DNA of 63,646 nucleotides, counting the filler, from Craspedostauros australis (lineage: Eukaryota), in NCBI GenBank assembly GCA_030167865.1. It is 8 parts of 8 records of this genome, joined end to end, with 100 filler letters (N's around TTAATTAATTAA, not from the genome) between each part and the next. Parts side by side here need not be neighbours in the genome. Positions count along the whole stretch, not along the records: positions 47,392 to 51,643 come from JALAGF010003909.1; positions 51,744 to 60,241 come from JALAGF010003910.1; 6 more parts are not named here. One strand, given 5' to 3'. Of the stretch, positions 50,401 through 60,341 are shown piece after piece (within the stretch, counting starts at the first letter, position 1; every line of letters begins with the position of its first letter). Position numbers and translations under genes: made by a program. A model generated the notes under the pieces. The model was not told the origin of the DNA. It worked only from the letters and a program-made list of their open reading frames with translations, and made no database searches.

Positions 50401-51275
50401 ATCTTCTCCAGGAGAGTGTTGCAACTCTTTTGAAGTTCGCTCCAAAAATAGCGCTTACGTTTCTGCTTGGAGTTGCCATCCACTTCGATTCGACGCCACA
50501 ATTCGTAGTACACAGCAGAAGAGGGGAAGTCAGGGATGTTCTCGAAGTTGTTTGCATCGTAAAGGTCTCTGACAGTGGAGCGCTGTTTTACCTGGCATGC
50601 AAATGCGAGGAGGAATTGAAAGTACTCATATGGAGACATCTTGATCGGCGAAGCTGAAAATGCTGAAAGGTATATGGGCGATGCCAAACCTAGCAATAGA
50701 TCAACCAAATGCGCAGGGGTAGGTGATGCGGTGTTGCACAGATCGGATGAGGAGGAGCGAAGATGTTTCACCTCGTCGCACAGCAGAGTGTAGGTTTGCT
50801 GCCGGGCCTTCCCCACAGAGACGCAAAACTCTGCAGTGTTGGGATCCAGCAGCTTCCATTGCAGGCCCATAGAAGCAACTCGTTCTGCTTCTGTCAGAGC
50901 TGGTTGTTCAACAGTTTTGGATGTGCTGGTTGCAGTTGTGCTGGTTGCAGTTGTGCCGGTTGTGGATGTGTTGGTGTGAGTGTTGTTGGGGACAATGGCG
51001 TTGGTGGCAGGGACGATGGCAGAGATCAGAGTGGCTGCTGATGCACCATTGACCACATGAGCATTGCCAATGCGGTAGACTCCAGTATCAACATTGTTGG
51101 TGTCAACATTGCTTTTGTTGTGGACACCAAGGACGTCGTCGTCATCGTCACTGTCAAGATCGCTTGGGGTATCGACGACCCGGTCTTCGCATGAGCTGTC
51201 AGTGTCATAATCACTGTGGTTGGTGGTATCTGCCATGTGCTCGATGAGAGCTGTGATGGCAGGCAAAGTACTCAT
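47432..51275 (-). CDS. Copy 3: spliced piggyBac-like transposase fused to a split YqaJ/lambda-exonuclease domain; exons 51275(or 51425)-50278 and 50183-47446, further 3' exon(s) missing
   Basis: A 94-nt intron 50277-50184 (GG|GTAAGT...CTCAC...CACAG|T) joins ORFs 50274..51425 and 47432..50320 in frame. Transposase-like ITLDDDK, MDRGF..L...L...G..IQGT.KR, YRDNGKVVLTVST. Nuclease-like T.SQGDPLWFMLRKFALTSS, LGHANEE, AGL...ARASVDFL, VEMKTR, IQVLHH. Confidence 0.7.
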
Positions 51276-51590
51276 GATGAAGCAAGCTCCTTGATGCTGG
51301 TGGACAACTAAACAGTATTGTATTGGAGGAGCGTGTGACAATGAACAACGGTGATGTCGCTGAAGCGGACGATGGAAAGCTTGTTGTCGCATCCAAAGTT
51401 CCTGTGTTGTCATCTGCAAGTCCATTGAAGTCCAAGGATGCGGTTGGCAACACGTAAATCAACACGACAAAACACGACGCCAGCATCACAGTCAGAACGC
51501 AATCAAGAGGAACTGGGAATTTGGAGGAGGTGAAGTGGTCGAAGTAGTCTTTTCTCAGAACAGCGAAATTCGACTACTTTTTTTGTGGTC

Positions 51591-51643
51591 GTAAGTGGAC
51601 TCCTCAGTCCACTTACGGTAACTGGACTGAGGAGTCCACTTAC
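51591..51643. repeat. 53-bp nested palindrome at the contig end upstream of the transposase gene
   Basis: GTAAGTGGACT-CCTC-AGTCCACTTAC, then G, then its near-perfect reverse complement (1 mismatch). Confidence 0.9.
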
Positions 51644-51994
51644 NNNNNNNNNNNNNNNNNNNNNNNNNNNNNNNNNNNNNNNNNNNNTTAATTAATTAAN
51701 NNNNNNNNNNNNNNNNNNNNNNNNNNNNNNNNNNNNNNNNNNNTATATATATAACTCATGGATTAGACTGCTTACTCCGCAGACTGCGCCGTAGGCGCTT
51801 TAATGCCGCCCGCTTTAATCTCGTGTAGGGCACGAGGCAGCACGGCGTATCGATTCAATATGTATATGCGCTAACCGGTCGGCAAGTCGTCACTCGGACT
51901 CCTCCCTGTCGACCCCGCATCTGACGTTCATGTATTTCTTCATGTATGGTCCCGTTCGTGTCTGTAGGAGAAACGCCATGCAACGATCCGTGCG

Positions 51995-54900
51995 CTATCG
52001 CCAGCGTCGAAGCCAACGTCGCACTTCTGCTGGCGCGTGACTTGCCGGTATCCTTCGCACTCGTTGCACTTGGCCTATCCAAACGGCTACGGTCCCTATG
52101 TCGGTGGCGTGATCTCCGTCAAGCTGTAGTCGCTCCCACGCAGCGCCTCCGTCTTCCTTGGCCATTTCGTCGTCCTGTAGTCGCCCGGCATACTCTCTCA
52201 CTGCCTGCCGTAATTCCACTTCTGGACCGTCCTCACCGTGGTGCATGGCGCGGTTGCGTTGGTGCCAATGCTCCCACGCGATCCTCCAGAGCTTCCTCAC
52301 GATCTGCGCCGCCCACTTCTCCGCCGACCGTCGCCGTCCGATGTCGACATAGTAGCGCGCCTGGAGCTCCGTCCACGAGCGGGCTATCACCCCTTTCAGG
52401 AGCTTGTCCCACCCGACTGCCTCTTGATCGTCCATCAGCCCCGATTCCAATCTGTTCGCCCGTATGCGGCCCACTGGTCCTAGCTCTCGTGATGCTTGCT
52501 TCACGTTGCTCACCATCACTTTCACGATCGCCGGGTGAGTGTTGGCCCGCTGCAGCGTCTTCCGGAGCCTTTTCCTTTGCGCCTTCCATAGCATGAGTGA
52601 CTCGTTTGCCTGGCATACCCACAAATGGTCGTGCGTTTCTGTTGCACCACACCTGGGACACGCAGCCGTCGTTCTTTCCTTCCATTGTACCATTCGTGTC
52701 CCGACCGCCGCCTCTCTGAGCACTAGCTTCATCGTCAGCACTCGCTGGGTGTCGGAGAGACCGCTTGCCGCCCGTTGCATGGCGTGGGTGTCAGCCACGC
52801 CTTCGCCGCTGGCTGCCAACCCTCGCTTCGCCCGCACGTGCGCCATCTCGTCTTCGACCTCTTCGCCAGCCACACTGTCATATGTGATACGTGATCGCTT
52901 GACGCCTCTGCGCCATACGCTCCATGCGGTTGCCCCCGTGTGCTGATGGTGTTGCCACCCCTCAGCTTCCTCCAGAAGCTCCCACCGTTGCCCAGCCAGC
53001 TTGTCCGTGATCACGTTCATGCGTTCCCACACATCCAATTCGTGCATTTGTTTCCGCGCATCCTGGTGGCCTTTGACGTGGCGCCCGGTGACCCTTGTCC
53101 GCAGCTGTCGCCGCATTCGCATGGTCGCCACCATCATGTCGTAGTCTGGCGTAGATGGGTCCGGCTCGTGCTCCCATTCCAACGCCTTGAGCGCCTGCAT
53201 GTTATCACAGCTCCATCGAAGACATCCACCTGCCATGTTGTACCGTTTCTCCATCTCCCTCACTGTGATCAAGGCGCTGTAGATCCCCGCAAGTTCCGCG
53301 CGTTGAGACGATGTAGGCCCTTCTCGTCGGGGCGCCTCCAGAGTCCCAAAGGCTATTGTTTCGAGGGATCCGTCGGTCGCCATCACCCACGCCGCCGTGC
53401 CTTTCTCCTTCTTAACAGATCCATCACTGCCTCCCACCGCCGTGCCGTCCTTGATGCTCGTCGCCATGTCCTTCCAGTCAGTCTCACATTTGATATGCCG
53501 TAGTGCCCACGCTTCTGTTTCCTCCAGCTTCGTCCAGGCATCCGTCATGGCGGCGTCGGCTCGTTCTGCTGGCGCTGCGACCCACTCTCCGGCCGTTGTC
53601 ATCCTGAATCCGTCGCCCTGCAGGTACCCGTCTGCTGGCACACCGGCCCCGTCGCCCACTTCTCCTGATATTCTTCGGAACATTCGGCGACGCGACCGCA
53701 TTGGTACCTCCCGCCATACCGTCCAGGTGCTCTCTTTGATCTGCAGCCTTCCCGAGCCTTCCTCCCACCTTATCGGCGTCGCCATGCCGTCTCGCCTCCA
53801 CCCGCCGAGCCTGTACTGTTCTTGTAGTCCGCCATCCCTGGTCGTCATCGACTTGAGCTTTGCCCTCCACGTCGCCCAGTACGCCGCCTTCATCCTCCCC
53901 ACTTTTGGAACTCTCACCGTGCTGCATCCCAGCAGTGGCCGTCCTTCAGTTGCATCCGTGGTGATGTTCCTGCCGTCAGCAGATACGATGTCTGACATCC
54001 AGAAGGCCTGAAGCGACCGCCTGCACAGGTTCACCTGTCGCATCTCTTCCGGATTGCATGTCGCCGCGAACACATCCATGATGGGGCTATCGCCTTGCCG
54101 TCTGGGCTGGATGATTGCCTCTTCCATGCGCACCTCCAGCTTGGCTGTCGCTGCTTCTTCAGCTACGCTCGCCCACCACGAATGTGGGACTATCTTGGAC
54201 CATTTGTCTCCTGTCGCTTGAAACAGGTTGATGGTCCCTGCGCTTGCTGCAGCGGCTTGGTAGGACACTCTGAGCATCTTCCCAGTCAGTGTGTCACGAT
54301 GCCAATGGCGGAAGATGGTGGCCATGTGTGCCGTGAGCTGCTGCCAATACAGGTGCTTAACACCGAGTCCCAGCAGTTCCGTCGGCCCAAACACGATGGC
54401 GCGTGACACGTTGCGCTGGACCCCTGCCGCCGGCAGAGCCACCTTGAGCACCGGGCGCATCACGTCTTCGCACTGTCTTTTCGTCATGGTGGTAACTGGT
54501 AGCGGATATTCCAGCGTCTTCCATATGGTGTGTTTCAGTGCCCGCCATGTTTCCCTTCGACTGAGTCTGCCTGCTTTTACATTGCGTGCCCACTCCGTGC
54601 CTTTCCTTATGAGATCCTTGACCGCGTGGTGCTGATCACCATCCGGGCTAGCTACGATCCCCAGAGTACGTCTGGCTTCCGTTGCCTCCAGCCGCTCTAT
54701 GTCGATGCGCTCCTCACTGTCCGGTTTCGTGAGTCGGATTGTTCCCGGTGTCTCCTCTGTCTTGCGGTATTCCCATTTGTCGTTCTTCCATACGAAGGAG
54801 ATGAGGTACCAATGGCTCTTGGCCGGCTCGATGGCGCCCCCTGTGGCTTTTAGCAGTCCGTTCCAGGTCTCCGCCACTGCTTGGGCCTCCCCGATCAATC

Positions 54901-57592
54901 TCGTTTCGTCTGTTGCGCGGAAGGTGTGAATCAGATCTGTGTCGTCGACAAACGTGAAGCATACGAATTCCACGTTTTCTCCTGTCATGCACCCTGCGTG
55001 TTGAAACCCGTGGTTCTGCTGCCGCATCACTTCGATGAGCGGCGAGCTCACTACCACCCAGCATGCTGGGGCTGCGCCGTGACCTTGCGTTACTCCTTGA
55101 AACGGAGCGGCTCGACTCCCTTTGTATTTGGCCTTGGAGGGCCCGAGCATTGTCTGGATCCGGTGCTTCATTCCTTCAATATTGCGTATCATTGCTTGTA
55201 TCTGAGTCCACGGCACCCCCATAGCTTGCATGCTTGCGGCTAACATTGGATGAGCGATCCTGTCGTAGCACCCTTTTGCGTCGTTGGCACAAATGATACC
55301 TGAAGTGGCGTGCATGCGCATGACGTCGTTCGAGAGGCGATTGTTGAGACTCACTTCTTGCGACCTGTGCCGCTTCCGACTGCCGTATTGCTCCGGGGCG
55401 ATCAGACCGTGTGCTTCAGCATGCTTCATGATCCTTGCTCCCAGCATCTTGTTGTTCATGTTCATGTCGGCTTCGAGCAGGCTGATTGTCCGGAATTTCT
55501 CCACGTTGATGTTCCCTTCTTGCTTCGCGAGCTGCACATCGGTGCATTGGCTCCATCGTTGGAGGTTGTAGCCTGTTCGAAACGAAATGCTTCGCATGGA
55601 TGCGTCAACCTGTCGGAGATCCGGTTCCAGGCTTTGGGCTTTCCACAGGCCGAAGTGCAAGCCGGACGGCCCAGACGTGATGCGTTCACTCGCCTTTTTC
55701 CACCGCGACTCATGCTCCTCCGCCTCCACCCTGCACAACTGTTCCGCCCATTCTGGCCCTTGCCTCTGACTCAGGCATTGAAGTAGCCAGTTGGTATACT
55801 CGTCGGGGCCTCTTGTTGAAGATGTGAGTGTAGTTAGCCACTCGCCTCGCCCTTTCCACATACCCTCGGGTAGACCGTATTGAAACACCGGTGCTGCCAG
55901 AGCCTTCTGGTACTTTTTGCCGTTTTCGGCGCAAAAGCATTGTGCTATCTGCTCAGGCTCTGTCCACGTCTTCCGCTCGGAGCCTCTTACTTCCCCTGTT
56001 ACCATGCCGACTCCTGCTCCTTTTGACTTCCCCGTAGCCCATTGAATCTTCCTCCACGCTTCTTTGGTTTCCTCACGCTTCAGCACTTGTTTCCTGTGCT
56101 GGCTTTCCACTGTCTTCCCCGACGCCGTCTTCTGTTGGACCTCCTCCTCCAGAAAGTCTCTTCGGTACCGGATCGCATCCCCTTTTACCTGCTTCCATTT
56201 CGTCCACGCTTTCTGTCGCTCCTTTTCGATTTCCCTCAGTGTCATGTATCTGGTGTTGATCGTTAGCTTGGCCTTCTTCTTCAGTCTGTCCATGTGTCTG
56301 GACTTCACAACCTTTCCCTTCCTTCGTTTGGTCGCCGCGTCCCAGAACTGTTTCACCTTCCGTGCCTTGTCCACTTGGGGACTGAATGGGACCTTCCCCA
56401 CCCTCACTTTCCGGCAGTTGCGTTCCGCCTTGGCCATGATCTCTGTCCTGGCTCTGTCGATGGCTTCGAGCTCTGCTCGTTGGGCTTCAGTCATGTTGGA
56501 GTGGACTTCCCTCTCGAGTGCCTGAACTCGCTCCTGGATGCCCTGCTGCTTCATGTGTTTGCGTACGTCGTTGGTGTACTTTTGCACTGACTGCTTCAAC
56601 CCCAGCCTCAGTCGGCGCCCGGTGAATTTGACGTCCCTTCGTTTCTTTCTCCCAAAAACCCTCTCCTCCCTTACGTCCGCCCACACGGTTCTGTGGTCCC
56701 ATTCGTGGAAGTCCGTCATTCCTGCTCGTTCTGTTGCTAACGATGCTGAACCCCACAGACCGTCGATGACTCTCCCCGTGTTTCCTGACCGATGAGTGTC
56801 CACTGGCTGCTCTTGTTGGCTGGATAGCACCAGTTCGTTTAACTCCTCCTCTCTCATCATCCTCGCGAATTCTGATCCTTGTACGTCCATGTTCACATCC
56901 CCTCCAACGACGAGTTCTTCTCCTCGCCCTCGCCATTCGATGATTCGTGTTCGAAGATCTGCTATCAGTTGCTTGATTGGATCGTTGGTCGCGACCTCTC
57001 CCTCTTGGCTTGTTGCTGCCAATTGCTGCATGTACACCGACCTGGGTCCGTTGTTACTTTTGACTGGCACGTAGACGCTCACCATTCTCACTTTGATGCC
57101 GTCTTTTCCTTGTAGGAGCATACTCGCCCATCGTCCGAGGTTGTCGTTGTCTTTCCCGAGGACTCTGCTTGCTGTGTGTCCTGTTACTACCACCGCTGTT
57201 CCTCCCCATTGCACCATCCCACCTATCGTCTCCTCCTTGTTCCATGCTCGTGCCTCCTTCGACTTGCTGAACTGGTGCTGTACTCGTGCCTGCCAGCTGC
57301 CGTGAGTTCCAGCTTTGTCCCAGTTGATCCCCACCTCCGTCAGTAGGCACACGTCTATTTTGTTCTGCCTGATCCAGTACCACAGCTCCTGTTGTTTGTG
57401 CGATGTTGGATCCTTCGGAAGTCTTCCGACGTTGAGTGTCGCTATCCGAATTGTGTTGTCGCCTTTCCTCCTTTCATCCTCCCCCCACCTTTGACTTGCT
57501 CGTTGCACATCCGTCCCAACAGCCGTCCTCATTCCTTGCCGCTTGGTTCGCCCCGGGCTTGGCTTTCCCAGAGCTACCTTGCCCCTTATCAT
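51995..57592 (-). CDS. LINE ORF2 (1865 aa): APE - RT - RNase H - CCHC
   Basis: IATLNV, LLTEVG, GRWA, VSVYVP, VGGDVN, IDGLW, WDHR; NDAKGCYDR, QGVTQG, FVDDTDL; GSDGS, RAELAGI, SCDN, HVKGHQD, NVITDKLA; CPRC..ETHDHLWVC. Confidence 0.95.
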   Translation of the reverse strand: MIRGKVALGKPSPGRTKRQGMRTAVGTDVQRASQRWGEDERRKGDNTIRIATLNVGRLPKDPTSHKQQELWYWIRQNKIDVCLLTEVGINWDKAGTHGSWQARVQHQFSKSKEARAWNKEETIGGMVQWGGTAVVVTGHTASRVLGKDNDNLGRWASMLLQGKDGIKVRMVSVYVPVKSNNGPRSVYMQQLAATSQEGEVATNDPIKQLIADLRTRIIEWRGRGEELVVGGDVNMDVQGSEFARMMREEELNELVLSSQQEQPVDTHRSGNTGRVIDGLWGSASLATERAGMTDFHEWDHRTVWADVREERVFGRKKRRDVKFTGRRLRLGLKQSVQKYTNDVRKHMKQQGIQERVQALEREVHSNMTEAQRAELEAIDRARTEIMAKAERNCRKVRVGKVPFSPQVDKARKVKQFWDAATKRRKGKVVKSRHMDRLKKKAKLTINTRYMTLREIEKERQKAWTKWKQVKGDAIRYRRDFLEEEVQQKTASGKTVESQHRKQVLKREETKEAWRKIQWATGKSKGAGVGMVTGEVRGSERKTWTEPEQIAQCFCAENGKKYQKALAAPVFQYGLPEGMWKGRGEWLTTLTSSTRGPDEYTNWLLQCLSQRQGPEWAEQLCRVEAEEHESRWKKASERITSGPSGLHFGLWKAQSLEPDLRQVDASMRSISFRTGYNLQRWSQCTDVQLAKQEGNINVEKFRTISLLEADMNMNNKMLGARIMKHAEAHGLIAPEQYGSRKRHRSQEVSLNNRLSNDVMRMHATSGIICANDAKGCYDRIAHPMLAASMQAMGVPWTQIQAMIRNIEGMKHRIQTMLGPSKAKYKGSRAAPFQGVTQGHGAAPACWVVVSSPLIEVMRQQNHGFQHAGCMTGENVEFVCFTFVDDTDLIHTFRATDETRLIGEAQAVAETWNGLLKATGGAIEPAKSHWYLISFVWKNDKWEYRKTEETPGTIRLTKPDSEERIDIERLEATEARRTLGIVASPDGDQHHAVKDLIRKGTEWARNVKAGRLSRRETWRALKHTIWKTLEYPLPVTTMTKRQCEDVMRPVLKVALPAAGVQRNVSRAIVFGPTELLGLGVKHLYWQQLTAHMATIFRHWHRDTLTGKMLRVSYQAAAASAGTINLFQATGDKWSKIVPHSWWASVAEEAATAKLEVRMEEAIIQPRRQGDSPIMDVFAATCNPEEMRQVNLCRRSLQAFWMSDIVSADGRNITTDATEGRPLLGCSTVRVPKVGRMKAAYWATWRAKLKSMTTRDGGLQEQYRLGGWRRDGMATPIRWEEGSGRLQIKESTWTVWREVPMRSRRRMFRRISGEVGDGAGVPADGYLQGDGFRMTTAGEWVAAPAERADAAMTDAWTKLEETEAWALRHIKCETDWKDMATSIKDGTAVGGSDGSVKKEKGTAAWVMATDGSLETIAFGTLEAPRREGPTSSQRAELAGIYSALITVREMEKRYNMAGGCLRWSCDNMQALKALEWEHEPDPSTPDYDMMVATMRMRRQLRTRVTGRHVKGHQDARKQMHELDVWERMNVITDKLAGQRWELLEEAEGWQHHQHTGATAWSVWRRGVKRSRITYDSVAGEEVEDEMAHVRAKRGLAASGEGVADTHAMQRAASGLSDTQRVLTMKLVLREAAVGTRMVQWKERTTAACPRCGATETHDHLWVCQANESLMLWKAQRKRLRKTLQRANTHPAIVKVMVSNVKQASRELGPVGRIRANRLESGLMDDQEAVGWDKLLKGVIARSWTELQARYYVDIGRRRSAEKWAAQIVRKLWRIAWEHWHQRNRAMHHGEDGPEVELRQAVREYAGRLQDDEMAKEDGGAAWERLQLDGDHATDIGTVAVWIGQVQRVRRIPASHAPAEVRRWLRRWR

Positions 57593-60183
57593 TCTTGCAT
57601 GTCGGTCTCCCCGTCCCCTCCTGGCTCTTTTGCTCTCTTCCTGTCGAGCGCCGCCTGAATCTTCGCGATGCGTTTGACGAGAGCGTCTTCCGACTGGTTC
57701 TCAAGGGTGTTGGTTGCCACACTGTCAAAAGCCGACAGCTCCGAAATTCCCGTGTTGACGGACATCTCGGATCCTGCAGACTCACTTGCCTCCGACTGCG
57801 CGTCGTCTGTCTTGCGCCGCTTCATGGCTGACTTGATTGGTTGTTCCAACGCCGATCCTTTTCTGCTGGTTCGATTGGTGAAAGAGAAGGCACTTTTGTC
57901 GTCCAGCGCAATTGGCCTGTATGGCGTCCCGTCAACCACGTCAAGTCCTTCCAGAACAATGTTGGGGAATTCGTCTGCAACCAGTAGCATGGACTCCACC
58001 TGGGGTACCTTGTACTTCCCAGTCACTTTGTCAAACTGCACTTGGTTGGCCTCCGCTTGCTCTGCCAGTGTGAACCACCGTGCTGTGGAGTGCCCAATCT
58101 CTCTCCTGCATCTTGCCGCCAGGGTATTGACGATCACCTCTGCGTGCTGAAGATGCTCCGGAAAGACGTACGCGTACGCCACGTCTGTCTCCCCGTTCCA
58201 TGGGACTTCCTGTTTGTCCACGTGGATGAAGACTGGCCGCTTCGTCACTGGATGTACTTGGTTCGCCAGGTATGTCCTCAGTGTCTTGCGTGGATGATCT
58301 GTATCCGGTTCGTCGAGCTCGTCCACTCCTCTGATCCTCACTTCTTGCATCATGTCCAGCACTGCTTCGTGCTTGCCTTTCAGCCTCTTTGTCGCGAGCA
58401 CTCCGTCTGGTCCGAGCGTCATTGCCAGTGGGTTCGGCACGAATCTGTTTCGGAGTCCTCCTGGTCCCACTTTGAGCATGTCGTTGAACATCACACACAG
58501 TGCCTTCGTGATGGGTACATGGTACCTGATGTCGGCCTCTAGTCTGAGGGCTTGCCACGGCTGCACTTTGAAACTTTTGCCTGCTGCTTTGTGCGCGTCG
58601 CGTCGCTCCTGACTCACGAGTCCGTCAGCTCTGATCCTTCCCCCCACTTCCCCTTTCATTCCGTCGGCCTTCAGTCTTTTGTTGATGATGTCACAGATGG
58701 CTTGAGCGTTGGCGAAATTGCTGGTGTACGTGAGCATGCCGATCTGTTTGGTGTACTCCGCTTCGTCGAGGGGGCGCTTGTAAAGCGTTTGCCCTGACGA
58801 CTGGTAGTAGAAGTTCATCTGCGACCCCATTTTGGACACGATGTCTCGCGGATCGCATGTCATGGCGATTCTGACTTGGGCGGTCACTGTCCTGCCGTTG
58901 GCTGTCATTCTCATCCTGCTTGTGTACACCATGAGCTCTCTCTCTGTCTTCGGGAACTGTTTCTCGTTGCTGATGACTTCCTTCGTGTCTTTTTCCATCC
59001 AGGCCATCAGGAAGATCGTGTTGTCGTGCTCCTTCAGTGCCTTGAGCCAACGCCTGAGCGCCTTCAGGTATCTCTTCAATGTGTGGCTTCCTTGTTTCGT
59101 CGGTACGGTCAAGTCAAACCTCTTGGCCACCATGCCTTCTTTCACTGTGTGTGTGGTGGTGCTCTCGACTGTACTGGTGTCACTGTCGCTGTCTGCTTCC
59201 ACTGACTCTTCGCTGCTGTGTGCTTCGTCCTCTTCGCTGGAGTCTTCGTCCTCGTCATCTTCGCTTTCGCTGCTCGTGTTGTGTTGGAGCGCCTTCGCGA
59301 GCCTCGCCGCTTCTTTTTCGCGTGCATCGGTGTTGCTGATGGAGAATTTGATTTTGCGTTGTTTGAGTCTTTTCTTGCTTGTGACCACTTTAGGCTGTGC
59401 AACCGAGCTGGCTAGTCCTGCTGTTGCTGTGTCCTTCGTCGTTTCGGCTACTCCCATGACTACATCCTCGCCTTGCGGTACCAGTACCACGTCCGGATAT
59501 CTGGATCCCAGTGCGTTTACTGCTGCCCGCCATGCGATGGTGATTTCGGTTTTGCGTAGGAGCCCTCCTGAGTCTGGTATCATCATGTCCTTGAACACCA
59601 CGTTGGGGTCTGTCATGCTCAGATCTGCTGCGAGTTTCTTGATTCGCTGTCTGCGTTCGTCTGCTTTTGGGACCTGTGCCACCCCGAATTTCTCCTTGCG
59701 CCCGTCGATCGCCATGCTGATGAACGCTTGGACGTCTTGAACTGGAATCACTTTGCCGGTCTGTGCTGCTGCCTTGCCTGTCCACTGTGTTCGTAGGGAC
59801 ATCATGCCTTTCACTAGGTTGTGTACGGACCTTCCTTCTTCTGCCAAGACTTCGGCGTACGCGAACGAGGCTGCTGCCTTGCGTATCTCTCCTGGTAGCG
59901 ACTTCCACGTGCTCGTTGTTGTCTTTCGCGCTGTCGACACTCCTTCATCGTTTTCTCCTTCCACAAGGGTCGGCATCTTGCCTGGTTTCTTGCCACCGGT
60001 GCTCTCCGATATCTGCTTGTTCTCCCTTGCCTGATGCTCCTTGCTTCCGCCTATGCCGATGGCTGTCTTCCTCTGATTTGTGATCACCTTGTTCAGTTTC
60101 GTCGCTGCTGTCTCCGTCATCATCGTATCTTTTCTACGATTGACACCCGTAGGCTTCACTACCACATCGGTGTTCTGGTTCAT
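57589..60183 (-). CDS. LINE ORF1 (864 aa), basic N-terminus with an acidic tract, no recognisable CCHC knuckle
   Basis: Long ORF directly upstream of ORF2 on the same strand; its TGA overlaps the ORF2 ATG (ATGA). Confidence 0.85.
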   Translation of the reverse strand: MNQNTDVVVKPTGVNRRKDTMMTETAATKLNKVITNQRKTAIGIGGSKEHQARENKQISESTGGKKPGKMPTLVEGENDEGVSTARKTTTSTWKSLPGEIRKAAASFAYAEVLAEEGRSVHNLVKGMMSLRTQWTGKAAAQTGKVIPVQDVQAFISMAIDGRKEKFGVAQVPKADERRQRIKKLAADLSMTDPNVVFKDMMIPDSGGLLRKTEITIAWRAAVNALGSRYPDVVLVPQGEDVVMGVAETTKDTATAGLASSVAQPKVVTSKKRLKQRKIKFSISNTDAREKEAARLAKALQHNTSSESEDDEDEDSSEEDEAHSSEESVEADSDSDTSTVESTTTHTVKEGMVAKRFDLTVPTKQGSHTLKRYLKALRRWLKALKEHDNTIFLMAWMEKDTKEVISNEKQFPKTERELMVYTSRMRMTANGRTVTAQVRIAMTCDPRDIVSKMGSQMNFYYQSSGQTLYKRPLDEAEYTKQIGMLTYTSNFANAQAICDIINKRLKADGMKGEVGGRIRADGLVSQERRDAHKAAGKSFKVQPWQALRLEADIRYHVPITKALCVMFNDMLKVGPGGLRNRFVPNPLAMTLGPDGVLATKRLKGKHEAVLDMMQEVRIRGVDELDEPDTDHPRKTLRTYLANQVHPVTKRPVFIHVDKQEVPWNGETDVAYAYVFPEHLQHAEVIVNTLAARCRREIGHSTARWFTLAEQAEANQVQFDKVTGKYKVPQVESMLLVADEFPNIVLEGLDVVDGTPYRPIALDDKSAFSFTNRTSRKGSALEQPIKSAMKRRKTDDAQSEASESAGSEMSVNTGISELSAFDSVATNTLENQSEDALVKRIAKIQAALDRKRAKEPGGDGETDMQE

Positions 60184-60341
60184 CTTTGTACTATCTTTAC
60201 GTGTTTCTACTTGTTTTGTTTTGCTGGTCCTCGTTTTTATANNNNNNNNNNNNNNNNNNNNNNNNNNNNNNNNNNNNNNNNNNNNTTAATTAATTAANNN
60301 NNNNNNNNNNNNNNNNNNNNNNNNNNNNNNNNNNNNNNNNN

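Larger units (their letters stand above)
51744..60241 (-). mobile_element. Non-LTR retrotransposon, Ambal-like family B, near full length (ORF1+ORF2), with (TA)n tail
   Basis: Two intact ORFs, 3' UTR homologous to family A, microsatellite tail at the contig end. Confidence 0.92.
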
